Both the position numbers and the translations under genes were made by a program. Below are positions 7,651 through 16,467 of a DNA stretch of 53,178 nucleotides, one piece after another. The notes under the pieces were generated by a model. It worked only from the letters and a program-made list of their open reading frames with translations, was not told where the DNA came from and did not search any database. The stretch spans positions 24,464-77,641 of the forward strand of contig CAZEUO010000001.1 of the NCBI GenBank assembly GCA_964515035.1, read 5' to 3'. Source of the DNA: an uncultured Planctomycetales bacterium. GTDB lineage: Bacteria; Omnitrophota; Gorgyraeia; Zapsychrales; CAZBRU01. The first letter of the stretch is position 1; every line of letters starts with the position of its first letter.

Positions 7651-9809
7651 GAATTCTCATGATGACGAATACCTATTTTCCAATTGTCGGAGGGTTAGAG
7701 CAATCGGTTTATTCTTTTAGCGAAGAATTCCGGAGGTTAGGCCATGAGGTTTTAATTGTTACTCCGACCTTTGAGGGAGCGCCGATAGAGGAACAGGGCG
7801 TTATTCGTCTTCCCGCCTTCCAAAAGTTTAACAAGACTATTTTCTCCGTTAACTTCCCGACTTCCAGACTTTTAACGCGATTAATGAAAGAGTTCTCACC
7901 GGATATTGTTCACAGCCATTGTCCGTTTTTTATGGGAGATTTTGCCCTGCGCCTCAGCCGGCAGCACGCTATACCGCTGGTCTTTACGTATCATACGATG
8001 TTTGAGGAGTACACGCAGGATTTGCCGGTTCAGAATGAGGGAGTCAAACGATTTATGGTTAAGCTGGCTGCCGGATATGCCAATTTCGTAGATCGATTGA
8101 TCGTGCCCTGTGAAAGCGTGCAGGAAATCTTGCTTAAAAGAGGTGTCAAAACGCCCATGGATATTGTCCCGACAGGCGTAGATTTAAAGCGTTTTTCAAA
8201 AGGTGATGGAAAAGGTTTTCGCGAGCAGAATCATATCCCTCTCGATGCCTTAGTGATCGGACATGCTGGGCGCCTGGCATCGGAAAAGAATTTGGACTTT
8301 CTGGTCCATTGCATGGTTGAAGTGTTAAAAAAAGACGCAAGAGTCCATGCCCTGATCGTTGGTAAAGGCTCATCAGAGAAAATGATCAAGGATGCCTTTC
8401 AAGAAGCCGGCCTTCAAGAAAGAGTACATTTAGTCGGGGTTTTACATTACCAGAATTTGGTTGATGCTTATTTTGCCATGGATGTTTTCGCATTTGCTTC
8501 CCTTAGTGAAACTCAAGGCATCGTCTTGATTGAAGCCATGGCATCAGGTGCTCCGGTGGTCGCGTTGGATGCGCCCGGAGCGCGGGATATGGTCAAAGAT
8601 GGCAGCAATGGACGATTGCTCATGGAGATGGATCAACCCAGCTTTTCTGAGGCACTATGGTGGGTTTTAAATCGTTCTCCCGAAGAAACGCAAACCATAA
8701 AGCAGGCCGCAAGAACGACCGCAGAAAAATACACGATCAGTGCCTCTGCCAAACGCATGCTGGCCATTTATGAAGACGCGAGATCAAGAAAATCGATTTC
8801 CGTGGGGAAAAGAAATAGTTCGCAGTATCTCTTCACCTGGCGTCTGAGAGCTGAGTGGGATATTTACAAAAATTATATTCAATCTATAATCACATCAATC
8901 TTTGAAGGAAATTTTCAAAAAACGGAACCCAAAAAGATTAACAATACGACGGTGAAAAGTGAAGACCTTCCTCCTAAGAGCGCGATCGGCGATCTAGCCG
9001 TAGCCCCGCTTGGCGGGACGATGAAAACTACAGAACCGGCGCCTTCTCCTCCGCAGGAGCAGGAGGGAGAGAGTGAACCTGATCTTTACGTGATGACTGA
9101 GGATGGGAAGCGCATCGCATTCTTTCATGTTAAAGGAGGGTTTTCCAAAGTTGTTGTTATTGCGCACGGTTTTTACAATAACAAGGATACGGTTTTGTTT
9201 AGACAGATGACGGACGCATTTAGTAAAGAGTACGATGTGATCGTGTTCGATTTTCGAGGGCATGGCAAGAGTAGTGACGTGTTTACGTGGACAGCGCATG
9301 AACAAAAAGATTTGCGGGCGATTACTTCCTACGCGAAAGAAAATCACTACACGAAAATCGGTGTGATCGGTTTTTCGCTCGGCGCGGCGATTACATTGAT
9401 TGAAGCCAGTTGCCATCAGAACATTGATAGCGTGATTGCTGTCAGCTCTCCGGCAGATTTAGGAAGGATTGATTTCCGTTTTTGGGAGAAAGATATGTGG
9501 AGAGATCTCATGCTTAATTTTGGGATCAAGGGGCGGGGCAAAGGTGTTAGGTCGGGCAGCCCGGCCTTACAAAAGATCCGGCCCCGCGATATCGTTGATA
9601 AAATATCGCCTACGCCGATTCTTTTCCTTCATGGTGAAAAAGACTGGCTAGTAAAGCTGCGTCATAGTCAGTTTTTATTTTACAAAGCAAAGGGGCCCAA
9701 GGTTCTGACCATTATGAAAGACGGCGGCCATGCAGAACGGATGTTTGATGCGTTCCCCGATCAATTTATGAAAATATGCTTAGACAGATTTAGGGAAACT
9801 TTACTGTGA
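7647..9809 (+). CDS. GT4 (group 1) glycosyltransferase fused to a C-terminal alpha/beta-hydrolase
   Basis: ATG 7647 overlaps the previous stop (ATGA) and starts the canonical GT4 N-terminus MRILMMTNTYFPIVGGLEQ. E-x7-E region SETQGIVLIEAMASG. Pro/Glu-rich linker. Hydrolase features VVIAHGF, GFSLGAA nucleophile elbow, HGEKD and GGHAE. Confidence 0.8.
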   Translation: MRILMMTNTYFPIVGGLEQSVYSFSEEFRRLGHEVLIVTPTFEGAPIEEQGVIRLPAFQKFNKTIFSVNFPTSRLLTRLMKEFSPDIVHSHCPFFMGDFALRLSRQHAIPLVFTYHTMFEEYTQDLPVQNEGVKRFMVKLAAGYANFVDRLIVPCESVQEILLKRGVKTPMDIVPTGVDLKRFSKGDGKGFREQNHIPLDALVIGHAGRLASEKNLDFLVHCMVEVLKKDARVHALIVGKGSSEKMIKDAFQEAGLQERVHLVGVLHYQNLVDAYFAMDVFAFASLSETQGIVLIEAMASGAPVVALDAPGARDMVKDGSNGRLLMEMDQPSFSEALWWVLNRSPEETQTIKQAARTTAEKYTISASAKRMLAIYEDARSRKSISVGKRNSSQYLFTWRLRAEWDIYKNYIQSIITSIFEGNFQKTEPKKINNTTVKSEDLPPKSAIGDLAVAPLGGTMKTTEPAPSPPQEQEGESEPDLYVMTEDGKRIAFFHVKGGFSKVVVIAHGFYNNKDTVLFRQMTDAFSKEYDVIVFDFRGHGKSSDVFTWTAHEQKDLRAITSYAKENHYTKIGVIGFSLGAAITLIEASCHQNIDSVIAVSSPADLGRIDFRFWEKDMWRDLMLNFGIKGRGKGVRSGSPALQKIRPRDIVDKISPTPILFLHGEKDWLVKLRHSQFLFYKAKGPKVLTIMKDGGHAERMFDAFPDQFMKICLDRFRETLL

Positions 9810-9843
9810 AGCTTTGAAGTAAAAGAGTAAGAGAACGAAAACG

Positions 9844-10284
9844 ATGGAATATTTCACGATAGTCGCAAAATGGCTTTCCAACAAATCCGCGCAACCGGTT
9901 GTGTGCTTCTTGGCATTTCTGATTATTTTGGTTTGGGGTCTATTTGGACTGCCGCTTCATTTCAACGATACATGGCAGCTTTTCATCAACACTTTAGCAG
10001 CGGTCATTTCTATTATCATGCTTTTTATCATTCAAAATAGTCAAAGCCGTCATACCATTGCGATTCAGCTCAAACTTGATGAAATCATCCGCGCTACTCA
10101 AGGCGCCCATAACGAAATGATGGATATTGAAAAGCTTACAGATGAGGATTTGACGAGGATTCAGAAAAAGTATGGCTTACTGGCTGAGAAAACCAAGGAA
10201 GACTTGAAAAAAGGTAAACTCGACACGCACACGCCCGACGTTAGCAAGGTCGCTATCGAAGAAAAAAGCGGAGCAGGAGAATAA
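9844..10284 (+). CDS. Low-affinity iron permease family (Fet4-like) membrane protein
   Basis: Two TM helices plus the characteristic WQLFINTLAAVISIIMLFIIQNSQSRHTIAIQLKLDEIIRA segment. Confidence 0.7.
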   Translation: MEYFTIVAKWLSNKSAQPVVCFLAFLIILVWGLFGLPLHFNDTWQLFINTLAAVISIIMLFIIQNSQSRHTIAIQLKLDEIIRATQGAHNEMMDIEKLTDEDLTRIQKKYGLLAEKTKEDLKKGKLDTHTPDVSKVAIEEKSGAGE

Positions 10285-10286
10285 CC

Positions 10287-10997
10287 GTGGGATCTCAGAA
10301 AAGCAATTATCTTCTGTTAACATTCGTTACAATCCTTTTTACTGTTTTTATGTACAGTATCGGCATTGTCATTCTGGGCCTATCGATCTTTCCCGGTGTG
10401 TATTTTCTTTACCAGCTTTGGATTTATACGGCCCTTTTAAGCGGGGCATTCAGGATTTTATATTTTTGTTTTGGATTTGTGGCGGGATATTTTTTCTCCG
10501 GTGTTATGCTCATGTTTCTGGTTAGCCTCGTTAGAATCCTTTTTCGGTTAAAACTCAAAGAGGGAGAATTTGGTGTTGGTTCGCTGGAAATATTCAAATG
10601 GGTTTTCGTTAATGCATTTTTTATGGTTGTAAAAGTCGCTTTCTTGGATTTAATTTTGTTAACACCCTTTTGCGCTTTATTTTACCGGTTGATGGGAGCG
10701 AAAATCGGCAGGAACGTCCTGATCAATTCAAAAAATGTCGGAGATCTCTCATTGCTCGAGATTGGAGATAACTCGGCCATTGGCGGCAGCGCTACGATCA
10801 TTGCCCATTCCTTTGAAAAGGGCGGGTTAAAACTCAAAAAAGTCAAAATTGGGAAAAATGTGATTATTGGATTAAACGCTGTAATCTTGCCCGGAGTAGA
10901 AATCGGGGATCATGCCGTGATCGCGGCGGGAGCCGTCGTTCCGAAAAATACACTGGTGGCCGCCAATGCTACTTTTTTGGGGGCTCATACGATATAG
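10287..10997 (+). CDS. Membrane-anchored left-handed beta-helix (hexapeptide-repeat) acyltransferase-like protein
   Basis: GTG start. N-terminal ~130 aa have about 4 TM helices. The C-terminus has hexapeptide repeats (IGRNVLINS..IGDNSAIGG..IGKNVIIGLNAVILPGVEIGDHAVIAAGAVV). Confidence 0.65.
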   Translation: MGSQKSNYLLLTFVTILFTVFMYSIGIVILGLSIFPGVYFLYQLWIYTALLSGAFRILYFCFGFVAGYFFSGVMLMFLVSLVRILFRLKLKEGEFGVGSLEIFKWVFVNAFFMVVKVAFLDLILLTPFCALFYRLMGAKIGRNVLINSKNVGDLSLLEIGDNSAIGGSATIIAHSFEKGGLKLKKVKIGKNVIIGLNAVILPGVEIGDHAVIAAGAVVPKNTLVAANATFLGAHTI

Positions 10998-11030
10998 ATT
11001 ATTTTAAAGTATTATTAGAAAATAACTGAA

Positions 11031-11069
11031 ACAGGGGGCAGCCCCGCCTTTGGCGGGGCTGCCCCCTGT
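11031..11069 (+). terminator. Perfect 18-bp GC-rich hairpin with TTT loop
   Basis: acagggggcagccccgcc (11031-11048), ttt, ggcggggctgccccctgt (11052-11069). Lies 34 nt after the stop at 10997. There is no clean + strand T-tract; the - strand side is T-rich. Confidence 0.6.
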
Positions 11070-11084
11070 CACATAAATTTGTGC

Positions 11085-11112
11085 TTGACAATTCCATTTT
11101 AGTATGTAATAT
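11085..11112 (+). promoter_or_regulatory. Candidate sigma70-type promoter (TTGACA-16 nt-TAATAT)
   Basis: TTGACA at 11085-11090 and TAATAT at 11107-11112. The -10 ends only 6 nt before ATG 11119, implying a leaderless or near-leaderless mRNA. Confidence 0.35.
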
Positions 11113-11118
11113 GGAGTT

Positions 11119-12252
11119 ATGTATTCTAGAATAATTTCCCCTCCTAAAGATAAAAGTTTCTTCCTCTTTGGCCCGCGGGGGACCGGGAAGACCACATGGG
11201 TCAAAACCGCCTTTCCTCATGCCATTTTTATTGATCTTCTTGAATCAGAAAGTTACAACGACCTTTTAGCCAACCCTCAGCGGTTAGAAAAATTTATTCC
11301 TAAGGATTTTAAGAACTGGATCATTATCGATGAGGTTCAACGCATCCCGGAGATTCTTAATGAAATTCACCGCCTTATTGAGAAAAATCATTACCGGTTT
11401 GTCCTGACGGGATCGAGCGCACGGAAGTTAAGAACGAAGGGAGTTAATCTTTTGGGGGGCAGGGCTTTAATTTATCCCTTTCATCAGCTGACTGCGCTTG
11501 AATTAGGAAAAGATTTTAGTCTCAAACATTCACTTCTTTTTGGCCAGCTTCCCAGCGTTTATAAGGAGGCGGATCCTAAAGCCTACTTAGAGAGTTATGT
11601 GAAGGCTTATTTACGAGAGGAAGTCCAGCAGGAGGGGCTGACGAGGAATTTAGGGGCATTCTCACGTTTTTTAGAGGCGGCCAGTTTTTCACAAGGGTCA
11701 GTTGTTAATACATCATCCGTCGCCCGTGAATGCGGTATTGAGCGCAAGGTTGTTGAAAATTATTTCTCGATTCTGGAAGACCTCCTGATTGGATACAAGG
11801 TGCCCGTTTTTACCAAAAAAGCTAAACGGCGTATGACGGCGCACCAAAAATTCTACTTCTTTGATGTCGGCATCTATAGGACGCTAAGGCCATCGGGGCC
11901 TTTAGATTCTCCGGAAGAGATTGAGGGAATGGCACTTGAGACATTGGTGTTTCAGGAGCTAAAAGCTGTCAACGATTGTTTGAAATTGGGATATGATTTG
12001 TATTATTGGCATACGGCTAATCGCGTGGAAGTTGATTTTATTCTCTACGGAACCCGTGGGCTTAAGGCCTTTGAAGTTAAAAGGACGAGCCGAATTTCGG
12101 AGAGCATGCTTCGGGGTTTAAGGATATTTCAGAAAGACTATCCTTCAGCGAAATCCTTCTTTTTTTATGGCGGCAAGCGGCGGTTTTATGAGGGAAACAT
12201 CACGATTTTGCCTATTGAAGAGGCTCTGTTGAAACTTTCGGATATTTTGTAG
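11119..12252 (+). CDS. AAA-family ATPase with DUF4143-type C-terminal domain
   Basis: Walker A FGPRGTGKTT, Walker B WIIIDEVQ and the typical AAA_14 + DUF4143 layout (YFFDVGI..., YYWHT...EVDFIL). Confidence 0.8.
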   Translation: MYSRIISPPKDKSFFLFGPRGTGKTTWVKTAFPHAIFIDLLESESYNDLLANPQRLEKFIPKDFKNWIIIDEVQRIPEILNEIHRLIEKNHYRFVLTGSSARKLRTKGVNLLGGRALIYPFHQLTALELGKDFSLKHSLLFGQLPSVYKEADPKAYLESYVKAYLREEVQQEGLTRNLGAFSRFLEAASFSQGSVVNTSSVARECGIERKVVENYFSILEDLLIGYKVPVFTKKAKRRMTAHQKFYFFDVGIYRTLRPSGPLDSPEEIEGMALETLVFQELKAVNDCLKLGYDLYYWHTANRVEVDFILYGTRGLKAFEVKRTSRISESMLRGLRIFQKDYPSAKSFFFYGGKRRFYEGNITILPIEEALLKLSDIL

Positions 12253-12296
12253 GTAACAAAAACCTCATTCTAACTTTTGGTTAGGATACGGAGAAA

Positions 12297-12794
12297 ATGG
12301 ACGTTCAGGTTATCCGCAGCAGAAGGCGCAGGCGCACCGTCAGCGCCCGAATGGTTAAAGATACGCTTCTGGTGCATGCCCCCGCCGCGCTTTCCCCGGA
12401 ACGATTGGAAACAATCGTTGCCGATTTTAAAATCAAATTCGAAAAAAAAAGAATTAAAGACGATTTGGAAAGAAATGAGCCGCTCGAAGACATTGCGGAC
12501 AGGCTAAACCAAAAATATTTTGCCGGTAAGCTAAGAATTCATTCCATTGAATACTCAATCAAGCACAACAGCAAATTCGGTTGTTGTCTTTACAAATCAG
12601 GGGACATTCGCATATCGCACAAAGTGGGCTTAATGCCAAAGTGGGTCAGGGATTATGTTATAATTCACGAAATGGCGCATTTGCTAGAGCCAAATCACGG
12701 CAGGGCATTTTGGGAGCTAATGTCGCACTACAAATTTTCTGAAAGAGCTAAAGGTTACCTCATGGCGGTTAGCCGCTTAACGACAGATGAATAA
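12297..12794 (+). CDS. DUF45/YgjP-like zinc metallohydrolase (M48-related)
   Basis: C-terminal [11 protein letters not shown] (HExxH...H) preceded by the WGSC-like region [19 protein letters not shown]. The size (165 aa) fits a short DUF45. Confidence 0.75.
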   Translation: MDVQVIRSRRRRRTVSARMVKDTLLVHAPAALSPERLETIVADFKIKFEKKRIKDDLERNEPLEDIADRLNQKYFAGKLRIHSIEYSIKHNSKFGCCLYKSGDIRISHKVGLMPKWVRDYVIIHEMAHLLEPNHGRAFWELMSHYKFSERAKGYLMAVSRLTTDE

Positions 12795-14343
12795 AACCGA
12801 AAAAATTTCCGAACTCAAATACTCCGACGAAGAAATCCAAAAGTGCATTGATATGCTCAGAGATCTTGTCGAAAATAGCGGGCAGTTGGCGTTTCTGACG
12901 ACAGAGCAAAAGATTGCCCTGATGACCGTTGCCGGGCAGATCTCGCGTCCTAACCGCGATGAGATCATCAAGCGCAGAAGAGACAGAAATCAAGTTGTCA
13001 AAAAAAGAATCATTAGTTATGAACGCCGTGTTAGGGCTGAAACCGGGATTCGCAGCGCTCGCGAAGCGGCAGTTTTTACCGCGCCATTACAGATTGCTAG
13101 TCAGGATGAACATTCCACGCAGGAAAGACCCGAACTTATTTCTCCCCGGGATTGCTATGTCTGCAAAGACGCGTTTACAAAGGTCCACTTCTTTTATGAT
13201 GCCATGTGCCCGCGTTGCGCGGAATTTAATTACGCAAAACGTTTTCAGACGGCGCCTCTTAACGGTCAAATCGCTTTAATCACAGGCTCAAGACTCAAGA
13301 TTGGTTATCAAGCCACACTCATGATGCTGCGCGCGGGAGCCGAAGTCATTGCCACGACCCGTTTTCCGGTTGACTCCGCGCTTCGTTATGCCCGCGAAAA
13401 TGATTTTCAACAGTGGAGCCAGCGGCTGCATATTTACGGATTGGATTTGCGCCACACGCCCAGCGTCGAAATCTTTTGTAATTTTATTGAACAGAATTAT
13501 GACCGCCTGGATATTTTGATTAATAACGCGGCGCAAACGGTTCGCAGGCCGCCGGGATTTTATGCGCATTTAATGGAAAACGAAAATAAGAAATTCGAAG
13601 ACTTACCGGAGGAGGTTCAAGCGCTTCTTCGTCCGTTTGAGGAGTGCAAGAAAAAGGTTTTGGCCGTTTCGAATGACCATACGCCAACGGATGGAACGCT
13701 TCCGATTACCTGGAATGGCAAAGCTCCCGGGATCGGGTTGTTTGCCTCGGCAAGGCTTTCGCAGATTCCCTATGCTTACGACCATACGGTACCCGCGGAA
13801 AAGGTTTTTCCCAAAGGAAAATTGGATGCGGACTTACAACAAGTGGATTTACGCGAAATGAACAGCTGGCGGCTGCGTTTAGGGGAGATCCCGACGGCTG
13901 AAATGCTTGAACTTCAACTTGTCAATGCGATTGCCCCTTTTGTTTTGTGCAATAAATTATCACCGATGATGAAGCGCCAAAATACCGGGCAAAAACATAT
14001 CGTCAATGTTTCCGCGATGGAAGGGAAATTCCTGCGGTTTGTGAAAACAGACCGCCATCCGCATACCAATATGGCCAAGGCGGCTTTGAATATGCTGACT
14101 CATACGTCCGCGAGCGATTTGGTAAAGAACGGAATCTATATGAATTCTGTTGATACCGGGTGGGTGACCGATGAAGACCCCATGGCTCTTTCCTTGCGAA
14201 AGCAGGAAATGCATGACTTCCAACCGCCTTTGGATATTGTTGACGGCGCGGCAAGAGTCTGCGATCCGTTTTTTGACGGGATCTTAACCGGCAAGCACTG
14301 GTGCGGCAAATTCTTAAAAGACTATTTCCCGATTGATTGGTAA
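12787..14343 (+). CDS. Extended short-chain dehydrogenase/reductase (SDR) with N-terminal helical region and CxxC...CxxC zinc ribbon
   Basis: 8-nt overlap with the DUF45 gene. Zinc ribbon [27 protein letters not shown]. Rossmann motif [43 protein letters not shown]...[14 protein letters not shown]. Confidence 0.75.
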   Translation: MNKTEKISELKYSDEEIQKCIDMLRDLVENSGQLAFLTTEQKIALMTVAGQISRPNRDEIIKRRRDRNQVVKKRIISYERRVRAETGIRSAREAAVFTAPLQIASQDEHSTQERPELISPRDCYVCKDAFTKVHFFYDAMCPRCAEFNYAKRFQTAPLNGQIALITGSRLKIGYQATLMMLRAGAEVIATTRFPVDSALRYARENDFQQWSQRLHIYGLDLRHTPSVEIFCNFIEQNYDRLDILINNAAQTVRRPPGFYAHLMENENKKFEDLPEEVQALLRPFEECKKKVLAVSNDHTPTDGTLPITWNGKAPGIGLFASARLSQIPYAYDHTVPAEKVFPKGKLDADLQQVDLREMNSWRLRLGEIPTAEMLELQLVNAIAPFVLCNKLSPMMKRQNTGQKHIVNVSAMEGKFLRFVKTDRHPHTNMAKAALNMLTHTSASDLVKNGIYMNSVDTGWVTDEDPMALSLRKQEMHDFQPPLDIVDGAARVCDPFFDGILTGKHWCGKFLKDYFPIDW

Positions 14344-14401
14344 ATGAGTGCGTCACTTATGGAGCGAATGAAATTAGCGACATAAGTGACTGCACGAACT
14401 T

Positions 14402-14440
14402 ATCCCGCGCCCCGTTCGCTTTGCGAACGGGGCGCGGGAT
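14402..14440 (+). terminator. Perfect 18-bp GC-rich hairpin with TTT loop
   Basis: atcccgcgccccgttcgc (14402-14419), ttt, gcgaacggggcgcgggat (14423-14440). Preceded by a second 10-bp inverted repeat: gtcacttatg (14352-14361) and cataagtgac (14381-14390). Confidence 0.6.
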
Positions 14441-14513
14441 CTTAATTCACTAACGCGCACCCCCCGAAAATTAATTTCCCAATGAATCCGCATTAGTGTA
14501 CACTTAACCCCTT

Positions 14514-16427
14514 ATGGCACTTATCAGCTTACAGGACATATCGTTGGCTTTTGGCGGCCCCAAACTTTTTGACGGGCTGACACTGCATTTAGAATCCAAT
14601 GAGAGAGTCGCACTCTTGGGTCGTAACGGCACCGGCAAGACAACTTTAATGAAAGTTATTGCCAGCCAAGTCGGTGTTGATGACGGAAAAATAATCCGTC
14701 AACAGGGTATTGAAGTGACGCATCTGCCGCAAGAAATTCCGCAAGACATCAAAGGAAATGTTTTTGATATCGTTGCCGTAGGTTTGGGCAAGCGAGGTGA
14801 TCTATTGAAAGACTACCACCATGTCAGTCATCGTTTGCACACCGAGCATACGGCGGAATTAATGCATGAGCTGGACCGACTGCAGTCGGAAATTGAAAAG
14901 ACAGAGAGCTGGGATATCAATAATCAGGTGGAGTATGTTATTTCTCAGCTGAAGCTTGATCCGGAATCTGACTTTGAAAATTTATCCGGAGGACAAAAAA
15001 GACGGGTGCTCTTGGCCAAGGCGCTGGTGATCAAGCCGGACATCCTTCTTCTCGATGAACCGACCAATCATCTTGATATTGATTCCATAACTTGGCTGGA
15101 AGGATTTTTAAGAAATTATTCGGGAACATTATTTTTAGTGACCCACGATCGCATGTTTATGCGTAATTTGGCCACGCGAATTGTTGAGCTCGATCGCGGA
15201 AAACTTTTTAGCTGGAGCTGTGATTATGAAACATTTCTGGTGCGTAAACAAATGGCCTTGGATATGGAAACGGCGCAACGCGCGGAATTTGATCGGGTGT
15301 TAGCCGAGGAAGAAGTTTGGATTCGTCAGGGTGTCAAAGCTCGTCGGACCCGTAACGAGGGCCGCGTCAAAGCGCTCGAACGCATGCGCGAAGAGAAAAA
15401 AGCACAGCGGCAAGTTATTGGCCAGGTCAACATGAAGGCACAGCAAGCCGGGCGCTCCGGGCATTTGGTCGCCAAGGTTTCCAATTTAGGATACAGTTAC
15501 GGCGAAACTCGAATTGTAGAAAATTTTTCAACCCAGATCATGCGCGGGGATAAGATCGGCGTGATCGGACCCAATGGATCGGGCAAAACAACGCTGTTAC
15601 GTTTGTTATTAGAAAAGTTGCCGCCGCAAAAAGGCAAGGTGCGCCTGGGAACAAATCTTGAAGTCGCTTATTATGACCAGCTGCGCGAGCAATTGGATGA
15701 AGAGAAGACAGTCATCGAAAACGTTTGTGAGAGCGGCGAAACGATTATGTTCAACGGCAAGCCGCGGCATATCATCGGGTATTTGCGCGATTTTCTTTTT
15801 ACCCCCGATCGGGCGCGCACACCCGTCAAGGTCCTTTCCGGCGGCGAGCGTAACCGCCTTTTTTTAGCAAGGCTTTTTACAAAACCATCCAATGTATTGG
15901 TTATGGATGAGCCGACCAATGATTTGGATATTGAAACGCTGGAACTTTTGGAAGAATTGCTTTTGGAGTATTCCGGCACGCTTTTGCTGGTTACGCATGA
16001 CCGGACTTTTCTCAATCATGTTGTCACCAGTACAATGGCCCTCGAAGGCAACGGTGTTGTCAATGAATACCCGGGCGGTTATGACGATTGGTTAAGCCAA
16101 CGGGCCCCCGATGTTAAAGAATCAAAGTTAAAAATAATAGAAGCAAAAAAAGATAGTCAGGATGATAATGAAAGAAAAGAAAAACCCCGTCCCCGCAAAC
16201 TTTCTTTTAAAGAATTGAAGGAATTGGATTCTCTTCCCGGAAAAATTGAAAAATTAGAAGACCAAAAGGATGAGCTTTATTCGGTGATGGCTGATCCTGC
16301 ATTTTTTAAGAAAGCGCCGCAAGAAATCAGCGAAACAAAATCAAAACTTGAAACCATTGAGGGCGAGCTTTTGCAGGTCTACGAGCGTTGGGAATTTTTG
16401 GAAGACCTAAAAGAGAATGAAGATTAA
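14514..16427 (+). CDS. uup: ABC-F family ATPase Uup
   Basis: Two ABC cassettes (GRNGTGKTT, LSGGQKRRV, LLLDEPTNHLD; GPNGSGKTT, LSGGERNRL, VMDEPTNDLD). The linker EEVWIRQGVKARRTRNEGRV and the coiled-coil C-terminal tail are near-collinear with E. coli Uup. Confidence 0.9.
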   Translation: MALISLQDISLAFGGPKLFDGLTLHLESNERVALLGRNGTGKTTLMKVIASQVGVDDGKIIRQQGIEVTHLPQEIPQDIKGNVFDIVAVGLGKRGDLLKDYHHVSHRLHTEHTAELMHELDRLQSEIEKTESWDINNQVEYVISQLKLDPESDFENLSGGQKRRVLLAKALVIKPDILLLDEPTNHLDIDSITWLEGFLRNYSGTLFLVTHDRMFMRNLATRIVELDRGKLFSWSCDYETFLVRKQMALDMETAQRAEFDRVLAEEEVWIRQGVKARRTRNEGRVKALERMREEKKAQRQVIGQVNMKAQQAGRSGHLVAKVSNLGYSYGETRIVENFSTQIMRGDKIGVIGPNGSGKTTLLRLLLEKLPPQKGKVRLGTNLEVAYYDQLREQLDEEKTVIENVCESGETIMFNGKPRHIIGYLRDFLFTPDRARTPVKVLSGGERNRLFLARLFTKPSNVLVMDEPTNDLDIETLELLEELLLEYSGTLLLVTHDRTFLNHVVTSTMALEGNGVVNEYPGGYDDWLSQRAPDVKESKLKIIEAKKDSQDDNERKEKPRPRKLSFKELKELDSLPGKIEKLEDQKDELYSVMADPAFFKKAPQEISETKSKLETIEGELLQVYERWEFLEDLKENED

Positions 16428-16467
16428 GCGTTGCGGTTTATTTTAAAAATTATTACGGGAGCTAAAC

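Noticed and set aside
11119-14343. Calling the ATPase/DUF45/SDR module a defence system or mobile island.
   Set aside because: There is no integrase, transposase, direct repeats, tRNA target or nuclease/toxin domain that I can see. The association is suggestive only, so it is kept as a low-to-moderate-interest finding rather than a feature call.
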